A stretch of 64,000 nt of DNA from Candidatus Bathyarchaeota archaeon (GCA_963775685.1 CAVZJV010000005.1:64001-128000), one strand, 5' to 3'. Positions 31,581 to 39,443 are shown, numbered from the stretch's first letter. Numbers and translations: made by a program. Notes: generated from the letters alone by a model not told the origin.

Positions 31581-31814
31581 CTATTTAGTGCGAAGTGTCA
31601 TACGTCTAAAGAGTAAGCCCATTTGCGAAACAACTTTCTCGTTAGCATAGTATTTTTGGAAGCATTGTTCACAAATAGCCTTCATTTTCTGTGAATCTGG
31701 AATAAACCCTTCAATGTTAGAGTAAACCGTTTCACCTTTTTCAATGGTTCGGTCACACTTACCGCATTTACCAGAGAACAACGCCTTTCCTTTTGTCCAA
31801 ACCATCTTTACCAC
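31581..31814 (-). CDS. Small zinc-finger protein
   Basis: CGKC...CEQC. Confidence 0.65.
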   Translation of the reverse strand: MVKMVWTKGKALFSGKCGKCDRTIEKGETVYSNIEGFIPDSQKMKAICEQCFQKYYANEKVVSQMGLLFRRMTLRTK

Positions 31815-31997
31815 CAGAAGTGATGATATTGGTTATGTTAGCTTTTATGTTTTTGCATCTCTCAGCTTTTTCTAAGTCCCATTTGGTTTCCATAATTTAA
31901 AGGAAACGTTGAAGGAAGATGAGGCGTTATAAGAAGCAAATAGGTAACCATTAAAATGATAAGTAAACAAACCCAAATTATAAAAGATTTTTTTCTA

Positions 31998-32714
31998 CTA
32001 AATTTCTTGTTCAGAAACGTCTTTTTGGAATAATTTTGAGCGAAGTTTGCATATTTCTTTCTCAATAGTAGCAAACTCTTCCAGCTCTTTCGAATACAAT
32101 TCTCCAACCCTTTGATAAAACCATTTGTAAAAATCTTTGATTAAACATTGATATTGATTTAATACAACCTTCAAGTCAACCTCTTGATTGACACGGATGT
32201 ACCTTTTAGAACCAGCACTCAATTTCTTTGAAGGTAACCTTTGCTTTTCCAACAGTATGCTTTGTTTAATTTGCTGCTCTTCTCTGGAAAAATGTGTTAA
32301 CAAGTAGGGAAATTCAATATGTTGGGTAATATTTCGCAAGTCTTTTATAAAAACGTAACAATCGTTAGGCTCTAAAGCGTTGACTCTTGCATCATATTCT
32401 TCTTTTAGTTTTGAGTATTTCTCACAAAATCTTGAATTATGTCTAATCAAACTGAAAGTACTGGAAAGATAATTATGCAGTAGTCTTGAAAGTTCTCTAA
32501 AAAAGAGAGTACGTTCTTTTCCACTATTCCACAATGCTGAGTTGCCTTCGTAATTTGCCATTGCTAAGGATAATTCTTGATAGTTTCTGTTTACTGCATA
32601 ATGAGTACTTTTAAATTGTCTAAGCATTATAACGATTTTTGTGCCTTCTAACGTTTCTTGCTTGTCAGTAAGTTCATTTAATCTTTCAACAATTTCAAAT
32701 TGTTCTTGACTCAT
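31998..32714 (-). CDS. HEPN-like helical protein (candidate RNase/toxin)
   Basis: All-alpha character with an Rx4H motif (LRNITQH) and upstream 'LHNYLSS'. Confidence 0.55.
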   Translation of the reverse strand: MSQEQFEIVERLNELTDKQETLEGTKIVIMLRQFKSTHYAVNRNYQELSLAMANYEGNSALWNSGKERTLFFRELSRLLHNYLSSTFSLIRHNSRFCEKYSKLKEEYDARVNALEPNDCYVFIKDLRNITQHIEFPYLLTHFSREEQQIKQSILLEKQRLPSKKLSAGSKRYIRVNQEVDLKVVLNQYQCLIKDFYKWFYQRVGELYSKELEEFATIEKEICKLRSKLFQKDVSEQEI

Positions 32715-32848
32715 TATTTTTCAACATATCCTTAGTCTGTCTGACATTTAGGAACGCGCTAATATTCAGTTTTAAGTTTTTTGGCTATTTCTACGCTGTT
32801 ACAAATTTAAGACTTATTACGTTTTCAAAAAACAAAATGAGGAAAGGG

Positions 32849-33565
32849 CTATTTCTTGGCTTTTCTCCTTTTGATAAATACAATTGACAATAATGATGCA
32901 ACTACGAGTATTGGCAGAATTAACCACGATGGAAACTCTGGAACTGTAGGTGTAGGAGTTGGGTTCTGGGAAGAATAAGGCGTAGCTGTCGGGTCTTGTG
33001 TTGGTGTTGCTGTCGGAGTTGCTGTAGGTGTTGGGGCAACTGTTGATGTTGGACTTGGACTTGGAGTGGTGTTATCCACGGAAGGTGACACATAAAGCAC
33101 CCAATCATCAACGTTGGTAGTGAGGAAATAAATCTTGTAGCCTTGGCTACCTATCTGTGAATTCTTTAGACTGTAAGGATAAGGGTTGATTAAATCAATG
33201 CCAGTTGTGCCTGCGTTGGCGTAGCCATCATTGCCGCTGTCGCCTACCATAACATTGGTAGCTACATCATAAATACTGTATTTTACCCATGTATATTCAT
33301 AGTAACCGCTGGTGTAGTTGCAGTCCCATTGCATCCACCACATACCATTAGGGTTGGTCGCCGTCTTAGGTATGAAAACTGTAGGCACAGCATAATCTGT
33401 ATTTTTGAAAGTATAGGTCGGCGAGGTCAGCGGGGAATCGGGTTGTGGATTTATCCATGGAAGAAGAGGAAAAGCATCTGCAGGTGCAATCATACAAACC
33501 GCAAAAAAGACTAATACGACAGTTACCAAACTACAAATAACCAATACTTTGTTTGCTAAACGCAT
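32849..33565 (-). CDS. Cell-surface protein with PEF-CTERM-type sorting signal
   Basis: N-terminal signal peptide, Pro/Thr linker, VPEF, TM helix and basic tail KRRKAKK. Confidence 0.85.
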   Translation of the reverse strand: MRLANKVLVICSLVTVVLVFFAVCMIAPADAFPLLPWINPQPDSPLTSPTYTFKNTDYAVPTVFIPKTATNPNGMWWMQWDCNYTSGYYEYTWVKYSIYDVATNVMVGDSGNDGYANAGTTGIDLINPYPYSLKNSQIGSQGYKIYFLTTNVDDWVLYVSPSVDNTTPSPSPTSTVAPTPTATPTATPTQDPTATPYSSQNPTPTPTVPEFPSWLILPILVVASLLSIVFIKRRKAKK

Positions 33566-33594
33566 AACTACCGCTTCTCCCCAGTTGTAGTGTT

Positions 33595-33804
33595 ATGTTT
33601 TTAGCTATTAATAATTTTAGTAATAGTACTCACAATATACTCTACGATTCATTCTCAAATAGTACTATGAACTTACCGAAAGAAATGAAGGAAACTTTAG
33701 GCATAACTGAGATAAAAGGCAAAATATTGTTTATCTTAGAAGGCTCTCAAGTCATAGTGCAAAAAGCCTATTTTTATCTGTCAATTTTGACCATTAAAAA
33801 ATGA
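33595..33804 (+). CDS. Possible AbrB/SpoVT-like small protein or remnant
   Basis: 'LPKEMKETLGI...GKILFILEGSQVIVQK' resembles a swapped-hairpin domain. The N-terminus is atypical. Confidence 0.35.
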   Translation: MFLAINNFSNSTHNILYDSFSNSTMNLPKEMKETLGITEIKGKILFILEGSQVIVQKAYFYLSILTIKK

Positions 33805-33848
33805 CAGAGAGATATCGGTTTTCTCCATAAAAAAATATATATATGCAC

Positions 33849-34406
33849 TTATCCAGCGTACAATTCCCTTAACCTTTTGCTCTCTTCACACTTAACAATC
33901 TTGGAATATTCAACAATAAACTCTCTAATTTCACTATAATTAAGAGAGGTTACACGTTCCTTATTGTTAATATCACTATTATGAGTAGTAGTATATTGAG
34001 AGGTTAATAGTAATTGTATTAATTGTTCTAATTGTGAAAAACCGCAAATTTGAATTTTGTCGGCTTGAGCAAGGTCTATAACGCTGTTATAGTTTTGTGG
34101 TCTATTGGTTAATAATACGTGGATGTGAAATTTATCGGCTATGTGGCAATCTTGGAATCTGGGTTTAACGCTGTCTAAATACCATTGCGTTCTTATGGGA
34201 TAATCTGCTTCGCAATGTTTGTTTTCCACGTAAATTTTATATGAGCCAACAGTAAAAATAAAATCTACTCCGACCCCTCTTTCCCTTTTCCATAGGTGTG
34301 GAATCCAAGAATTGTGATAAGTTAAATATTTGCTTAGTTTTTTGGCTTGAGTTTTTTTGAAAATAGAGTACTCTTGGTTTATGCCTATCGTGTCGAATTT
34401 GCTCAA
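33849..34406 (-). CDS. PD-(D/E)xK nuclease-like protein
   Basis: GVDF...IYVENK matches the D...ExK catalytic pattern. Confidence 0.6.
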   Translation of the reverse strand: MSKFDTIGINQEYSIFKKTQAKKLSKYLTYHNSWIPHLWKRERGVGVDFIFTVGSYKIYVENKHCEADYPIRTQWYLDSVKPRFQDCHIADKFHIHVLLTNRPQNYNSVIDLAQADKIQICGFSQLEQLIQLLLTSQYTTTHNSDINNKERVTSLNYSEIREFIVEYSKIVKCEESKRLRELYAG

Positions 34407-34453
34407 GTATTGGCTTGTTATCGTTTTTTAGCACTCTCCCTTTTTAGGGTGTC

Positions 34454-34617
34454 ACACTACTATATAAACTTTACGTTTGTAAATGTTTTGGTTGTCATAT
34501 GTAAAGGTTCAGCATCCATCCACTTTTTAATCAAGTGATTAAAAAACGAACCCTAAAAGCCTTTACATATGTAAAAGGTTTAGTTTACATAAAACCATAA
34601 CATTTATATATTAGTGT
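34454..34617. promoter_or_regulatory. Long palindromic divergent control region
   Basis: Nested arms of 14/15, 13/14, 12/12 and 10/10 bp, with TATA-like TTTATATA in both orientations between divergent genes. Confidence 0.65.
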
Positions 34618-34646
34618 ATGCATTATAGTGCATAGAGGTTTACACT

Positions 34647-34991
34647 ATGTCAAGTAAAACTAATCAAACAGTTTATGTTCGTAAAGGCTCTCAAGCAGTT
34701 TTGAAACAATTAAGTGAAAAGACCCGATTAAGTCAGAGTGAAATTTTGGCTAATTGGCTCTCTGCTATAGAGGTAGTTATGAACCGTTTTTCAGACTTGT
34801 CATATGACCGTTTAAGTTTTGCTTCATATCCGACAGAGAGAAAAGAAGTCAAAACGCTGTTAGCACCTATAATTAGTGGTGAAGTTCAATTCCAGCTTGA
34901 TAACACAAGCGAATCTGTAAATGAGGCGAGAGCAGACCACGCAGTGACTAAAGACCTTGAAAGAATAGCTCAAAAGGCAAAGGTGAACTAA
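34647..34991 (+). CDS. Putative ribbon-helix-helix DNA-binding protein
   Basis: N-terminal QTVYV strand followed by helices LKQLSEKTRLSQSEIL. Confidence 0.55.
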   Translation: MSSKTNQTVYVRKGSQAVLKQLSEKTRLSQSEILANWLSAIEVVMNRFSDLSYDRLSFASYPTERKEVKTLLAPIISGEVQFQLDNTSESVNEARADHAVTKDLERIAQKAKVN

Positions 34992-34992
34992 A

Positions 34993-35667
34993 ATGACCCC
35001 TGAAGAAATTGCAGAACAATGGAAAAAAGAAGGCGAAGCACGAATTAACGGTCAACAGCGAACCGAAGTTATAAAAATTAACGTTGATAATCAAGCCATT
35101 ACCGATACAATCAACGAAAACAAGAAACTTAAAGCAGAAATTGAAGAGGGAAAGGATGCAACAGACTTATTTACTGAATTAAAAGAAAAAGCAAGCGTAG
35201 AATTAACGTCTCTCGGTGTGAATACTGAGGTCTCAGATTTAAAGAGCAAAAACGATTTAGATAGAGCAATAACGACAATTCAGAAATTAAAGGCTGGAAA
35301 AGGCTCAAATTCTAATTATCCAAGCATCCCAAGTGGAACAGTGCCGTTATCAAGCCAAACGCCTGCTAAAAAGTCTGGATATTCAAACGTTGAACAAATG
35401 GTGGATGACGCAAACCAGAACAAGGAAATAAGAAACGCATTGCTCTCTAAATGCTTAAAAGGCGTAAAAGAAGGGCATTTAATTCTCAAAAGCTATGAGT
35501 TGCCACTACCAGAAACTCAAACCTCAGATTTAATTGAGAATGGGAAATTATCAAAAAAACCTGACGTTCTCGGAATTCAACATATGCACCGAACTAAGAA
35601 ACTAAGGGAACGTGCTGAAAAAGGCGACTCTCAAGCAATTGACCTTTTGAACAGTGGAAATTATTAA
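34993..35667 (+). CDS. Hypothetical coiled-coil protein (element)
   Basis: 224 aa, preceded by an AGGTGA Shine-Dalgarno-like motif and tightly coupled to its neighbours. Confidence 0.7.
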   Translation: MTPEEIAEQWKKEGEARINGQQRTEVIKINVDNQAITDTINENKKLKAEIEEGKDATDLFTELKEKASVELTSLGVNTEVSDLKSKNDLDRAITTIQKLKAGKGSNSNYPSIPSGTVPLSSQTPAKKSGYSNVEQMVDDANQNKEIRNALLSKCLKGVKEGHLILKSYELPLPETQTSDLIENGKLSKKPDVLGIQHMHRTKKLRERAEKGDSQAIDLLNSGNY

Positions 35668-35670
35668 AAG

Positions 35671-36162
35671 GTGTTATGTATGGGTAAAAGACAAAAAATA
35701 GCATTTAACGAAAATAGCGAAGTGGTTTTTCTAACCATTGACACAAACACAAACGAAACCATTGAGACGAAAACCCCTTTAGAAATGGGTCTCTGGAAAA
35801 GCAGAGAATTCTATTACATTTTTAAGAGATGTGCCTTAAATCCAGTTTCACTTCAAAACATAGAAGGATTTTTCATTCAAAAAGTGCTTTTTCGTTGTCC
35901 TAATAAAGACGGTCTCGAATTCCATTACTTTTACTTCGAAAAAGGGTTTAGTTTGCCTTGTTGTAGAATCTTAGACCCACGGTTAAACAATTTGTGCGGT
36001 TTAACTTTCCAAGTTTCGACAAATGACCCAACATTCACTAAAAATATAGGTAAACCTAAACGTTTGTCTAATACAATCGTTAAAAAAGCGATAATTGACA
36101 AAAAATATAATGGCATTGATGTTTTAGGATGCTATAGTGAAGACGGCTCGGAGAGGGTTTAA
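35671..36162 (+). CDS. Hypothetical protein (element)
   Basis: 163-aa operonic ORF. Confidence 0.65.
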   Translation: MLCMGKRQKIAFNENSEVVFLTIDTNTNETIETKTPLEMGLWKSREFYYIFKRCALNPVSLQNIEGFFIQKVLFRCPNKDGLEFHYFYFEKGFSLPCCRILDPRLNNLCGLTFQVSTNDPTFTKNIGKPKRLSNTIVKKAIIDKKYNGIDVLGCYSEDGSERV

Positions 36163-36271
36163 AGTGACTGTGTTTAGCTGTGTCTCTTTGGTTTCTTTGA
36201 GTCATATCGGGTTTCACCTATTTCACTACACGGCTAAGCACTTCACAATTTAAAATTAAGGTGATTAGTCT

Positions 36272-36640
36272 ATGCCTTTAAAAAATTGCAAAAAGTGCGG
36301 AAAGCCATTTCGGGCTAATACTGGTCAAACGCATTGCCATAATCCTTGTTACCCAGAGAGTGAAAAAACTTTCAATCATTGCAGTGAGTGCGGTAGAAAA
36401 CTAATTAATGGTTTTTGGTCTCGAAAACCTGAAAGTGAAAGGATATGCAGTTTTTGCGATGACCGACATAAAAAATTAAGGGTAACTCAAAAAGAAGACG
36501 CACGGAAAAAAACGCTTAGAAAATGCTCAGAATGTGGTGAATATTCGTATTTAGTGCTTAAAGAATCGCTTTGCCGTGCTTGTTTCAGAAAAAAAGAGAA
36601 TCCCAGAATTATATCAATAAAAGAGGTTAAAAATTTATGA
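36272..36640 (+). CDS. Multi-zinc-finger protein
   Basis: Five CxxC pairs plus one CxxxC, preceded by AGGTGA. Confidence 0.75.
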   Translation: MPLKNCKKCGKPFRANTGQTHCHNPCYPESEKTFNHCSECGRKLINGFWSRKPESERICSFCDDRHKKLRVTQKEDARKKTLRKCSECGEYSYLVLKESLCRACFRKKENPRIISIKEVKNL

Positions 36641-36762
36641 GTGAAATTCAAAAAGAAAAATGCGTTTGTGGTTACTCTGAGACCACTTTAAAACTAACTG
36701 AATGCACTCAATTAGAAGTTTGCAGTTATTGCGGCTCTATTAGAAGGAAATTTCAGTTTTGA
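36637..36762 (+). CDS. Small zinc-ribbon protein (41 aa)
   Basis: ATGA overlap with the upstream gene. MSEIQKEKCVCG...CSYCG. Confidence 0.55.
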   Translation: MSEIQKEKCVCGYSETTLKLTECTQLEVCSYCGSIRRKFQF

Positions 36763-36773
36763 GAGTGGTAAAT

Positions 36774-36923
36774 ATGGAAGACATAAACAATTTAGAACCT
36801 AAAAAACAGAAAAAAGCTAAAACGTTTGAAGAGTGGGAAGCATCTCACAACTTTAAAGACGTTGACCCCAAATTAGTTTCTAAGGCAATTTTAGCTGAAT
36901 ATGATAATCGAGAGCAGTCTTGA
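36774..36923 (+). CDS. Small hypothetical protein (49 aa)
   Basis: Manual ORF MEDINNLEPKK..., operonic spacing. Confidence 0.45.
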   Translation: MEDINNLEPKKQKKAKTFEEWEASHNFKDVDPKLVSKAILAEYDNREQS

Positions 36924-36983
36924 AAAATTTCACGTATATTTTGACGTAGGGCTTTATAAGTGACTGTTAAGAGTCAAGATATT

Positions 36984-37052
36984 TAGTGGTTGACTAATCG
37001 CCTCAAGGTTTCTGTAAAACTTTAGTCAATTGTGAAGGTTAGTCAACCACTA
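36984..37052. repeat. Perfect 14-bp inverted repeat
   Basis: TAGTGGTTGACTAA (36984-36997) and TTAGTCAACCACTA (37039-37052), with an extra TTAGTCAA at 37022. Confidence 0.7.
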
Positions 37053-37078
37053 TATTATTGAATTAAACAAAAAGTGAG

Positions 37079-37303
37079 GTGAAAACTATGCAAAAAATAC
37101 AAAGTTTCGAATTTGTCTCCGTTAATCACACAAGAAAAACCGTGACCTTAGTTCTCACTCACATCTATAACCCTCAATGCAAAGGTTGCAGAGAGAATTT
37201 AGTTGAAGCAAAACAGATTGCGAAAGATTACGGTTATACATTCATTCTGAAAGAGCCAAAAGAAGATTTGCCTTTTCTCAGAAGTGATTTCAATGAACGT
37301 TAA
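37079..37303 (+). CDS. Small hypothetical protein
   Basis: 74 aa containing CxxC. GAGGTGA precedes the ATG at 37088. Confidence 0.55.
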   Translation: MKTMQKIQSFEFVSVNHTRKTVTLVLTHIYNPQCKGCRENLVEAKQIAKDYGYTFILKEPKEDLPFLRSDFNER

Positions 37304-37515
37304 CTCTTAGTTTTTTAACATCCACTCTAATTTTTTTTGCCAAACTAAAACCCCATTTCATTAAGTATTAATCCATAAACACATATTGTGAAATTAAACC
37401 CAAAATAATCCCTATTACGATATTAGACCTAATTATGTACCTATGGACTACTGAACTCTCGAATTCAAGTCGAATCTAATTGGCGGGGGGGTATTTAGCC
37501 TTTTTTCAACCAATA

Positions 37516-37778
37516 GACCCCAAATTACAAATACTTTTCTCTTGAAGTTTAAATATTTTACTTCGAAACCTTTGTTTAATGTCCCTCTACTAAGAGAGAC
37601 CCTCATTAAATAGTAGTTTTCTACAGTTTATGACACGCGGAATATTATTTAACATCCATCATAAGAGACCATTAACAGAGACATACACGGCTCTTTTTAT
37701 GGTAACAATTAGAAACTTAACGGTCTTAGACTGTAGTTAATAGGGGTTTAATGAATGGTCTCGGCTCTGTTTGGGGTC
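37516..37778. repeat. Long nested imperfect inverted repeat (structured non-coding region)
   Basis: Four nested stems downstream of the recombinase gene. Confidence 0.6.
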
Positions 37779-37860
37779 AACCTTAGCCAAAAAAATTAAT
37801 TTAACATCCACTTGAGAAACTTGGACAAATAAGAAGAGAAAAGAGAGCCTAAAAAAAGGC

Positions 37861-39102
37861 TTAATCAATCTTCACTTTTTCGTTTTGCTGTTCTTTCAGT
37901 GCTTCTAAGACTATTCTCTTTATCGTGTTTGGGTCTGTTGCTGTGTTGTTTCTTATGAAGTCTTCAAGTTTAGCGATTCTTTCCAAGTCGGCTTTTCTCT
38001 CGGCTTTTCGTGTTTCTATTTCGACTTGCTGAGAGCCTATCAGGTTGTTTAGGTTTTCCTTGATTTTTACTAAGTCTTCTCTGCTCTGCATTCCGTTGAT
38101 TGAGACGAATTCAAAAGCCTTAGTGTAAGCGTCTTTTATGGTTTGTTCGTCATAGCCATAGTGACCCCTTGAGCCTAAACGCTGGTGACCCATCATAAGG
38201 TCTTTAACTTCGCTTTTTATGTCGGCTCTGAGCAATGCCGAATTATAGAGACTTCTTAGATGCTTAGTTTTGAATTCTTTTGCTCTCTCTGAGCCTAAAG
38301 CCTTCTCTGCTAAGTTTTTCATTGATTCGTGAATTCGTCTAACCTCAATAGGTGCGTCAATTTCTGTTTTCTCTTTTGTCTCTGGGTCTATGTCTTCAAT
38401 TTTTGCGTTTTTGGTTTGAGAAGTGAAGATAAAGCCTTTTTTCGGATTGCCTTTTTCGGCTAATAGGTCTCTTAAATCGTGTACTGCTTCGAAACTTAAA
38501 CAAGTGGCTTGTATTTCGCCAGTTTTTTCTCTGGGTTTCTCTAAAAAGTAGTGTGTGCTTATTGGGGTTTCATAGAATCCTTTCAAGTCTTCAATGCGAA
38601 ACTCTGTTACGTCAACCTCAGAAAAACCCGACTGACTGAGAGCCAACAATAAGCAACGGTCTCTTAATGAGCCGTGGCTATACATTGCTTTAACATCATC
38701 CAGCTTTAGAGTCAATTTGTTTTTTATTCTGGTTGACTGAGTGCTGTTCCAGTCTCCACGTCTTAAATTTAGTTTTCCAGTGGTACGACCAAAAAAAGAC
38801 GCTATTGTTCTTAGCTCTGATTTTATGCTTAGTGGTGCTAAAGTGGTTTCTGTCTCTCGTTTCTGTTTGTATTCTCTGAATTTCGACTCAAAAAAAGACC
38901 GTGCGGCTAAGTCTTTTGAATTCAAGTCTTCAATGCGTCTTTTTATTTGCTCTGTTGGGGTCATTTCGATAAAGTCATTCCAGCTTAAAATCCCTCTTAA
39001 ATAATTGCCTTTTGACTTTTCAGTGAGACCGTTAAGCCACTGGTTAACGTATTGGTCTTTTAGCAGTTCTGCAATTTTTGCCTTTATTTCAGTGTTGACC
39101 AT
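37861..39102 (-). CDS. Tyrosine recombinase/integrase, atypical active-site motifs
   Basis: LRDRCLLLALSQSGFS, REKTG, KHLRS, LMMGH, HY, with an N-terminal core-binding-like domain and a coiled-coil tail. Confidence 0.9.
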   Translation of the reverse strand: MVNTEIKAKIAELLKDQYVNQWLNGLTEKSKGNYLRGILSWNDFIEMTPTEQIKRRIEDLNSKDLAARSFFESKFREYKQKRETETTLAPLSIKSELRTIASFFGRTTGKLNLRRGDWNSTQSTRIKNKLTLKLDDVKAMYSHGSLRDRCLLLALSQSGFSEVDVTEFRIEDLKGFYETPISTHYFLEKPREKTGEIQATCLSFEAVHDLRDLLAEKGNPKKGFIFTSQTKNAKIEDIDPETKEKTEIDAPIEVRRIHESMKNLAEKALGSERAKEFKTKHLRSLYNSALLRADIKSEVKDLMMGHQRLGSRGHYGYDEQTIKDAYTKAFEFVSINGMQSREDLVKIKENLNNLIGSQQVEIETRKAERKADLERIAKLEDFIRNNTATDPNTIKRIVLEALKEQQNEKVKID

Positions 39103-39267
39103 CTAAGCCACTCCGAGAGCCTTTAGAAATTTGGCTTTATTGAATTTCTTATTATCTATTTCGAAATGTAGCATTAAATCTTTTGTGAATTCTTGCTTAG
39201 TGTTTGCAGTGGTTGACTTTAGGAATTCGGCAAAAAAGCAATAGTGTCTTTTTGTGAAATAGGTCAT
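39103..39267 (-). CDS. Small protein directly upstream of the integrase (54 aa)
   Basis: MTYFTKRHY...FEIDNKKFNKAKFLKALGVA*. Its stop abuts the integrase ATG, and both genes are preceded by GGAGTGGCTTA. Confidence 0.7.
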   Translation of the reverse strand: MTYFTKRHYCFFAEFLKSTTANTKQEFTKDLMLHFEIDNKKFNKAKFLKALGVA

Positions 39268-39401
39268 TTTAAGCCACTCCATAAGCCTTTAAAACTGCTT
39301 TTCTTGTTTTGGGGTCTAATTGGTAACGGCTCAATTTAACTCTAAAATCTATAGAATTAGAGAGACGTTGATTTAATAGCAAAAAACTATTAAGAGTTTT
39401 A

Positions 39402-39427
39402 GCGATTAAATAGGCTGTTCCATATAT
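39402..39427 (-). repeat. Right terminal inverted repeat
   Basis: GCGATTAAATAGGCTGTTCCATATAT, the inverted partner of 29850..29875. Confidence 0.75.
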
Positions 39428-39443
39428 GAAAGAAAAAAAGGGG

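Larger units (their letters stand above)
29850..39427. mobile_element. Integrated tyrosine-recombinase element of about 9.6 kb with terminal inverted repeats
   Basis: Recombinase near one end, 22/26-bp inverted termini, AT-rich composition, palindrome avoidance, many small ORFs, and insertion between two convergent host-like genes. Confidence 0.85.

Noticed and set aside
32940-33070. Tandem DNA repeat
   Set aside because: It encodes the Pro/Thr linker of the PEF-CTERM protein.
31105-39102. Integron (IntI plus attC cassettes)
   Set aside because: The hairpins lack evident RYYYAAC/GTTRRRY ends and do not follow each gene, the genes are on both strands, and the recombinase shows no clear IntI signature.
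29850-39427. Complete provirus or casposon
   Set aside because: No recognisable capsid, terminase, polymerase, Rep or Cas1. A divergent virus cannot be excluded without structure searches.
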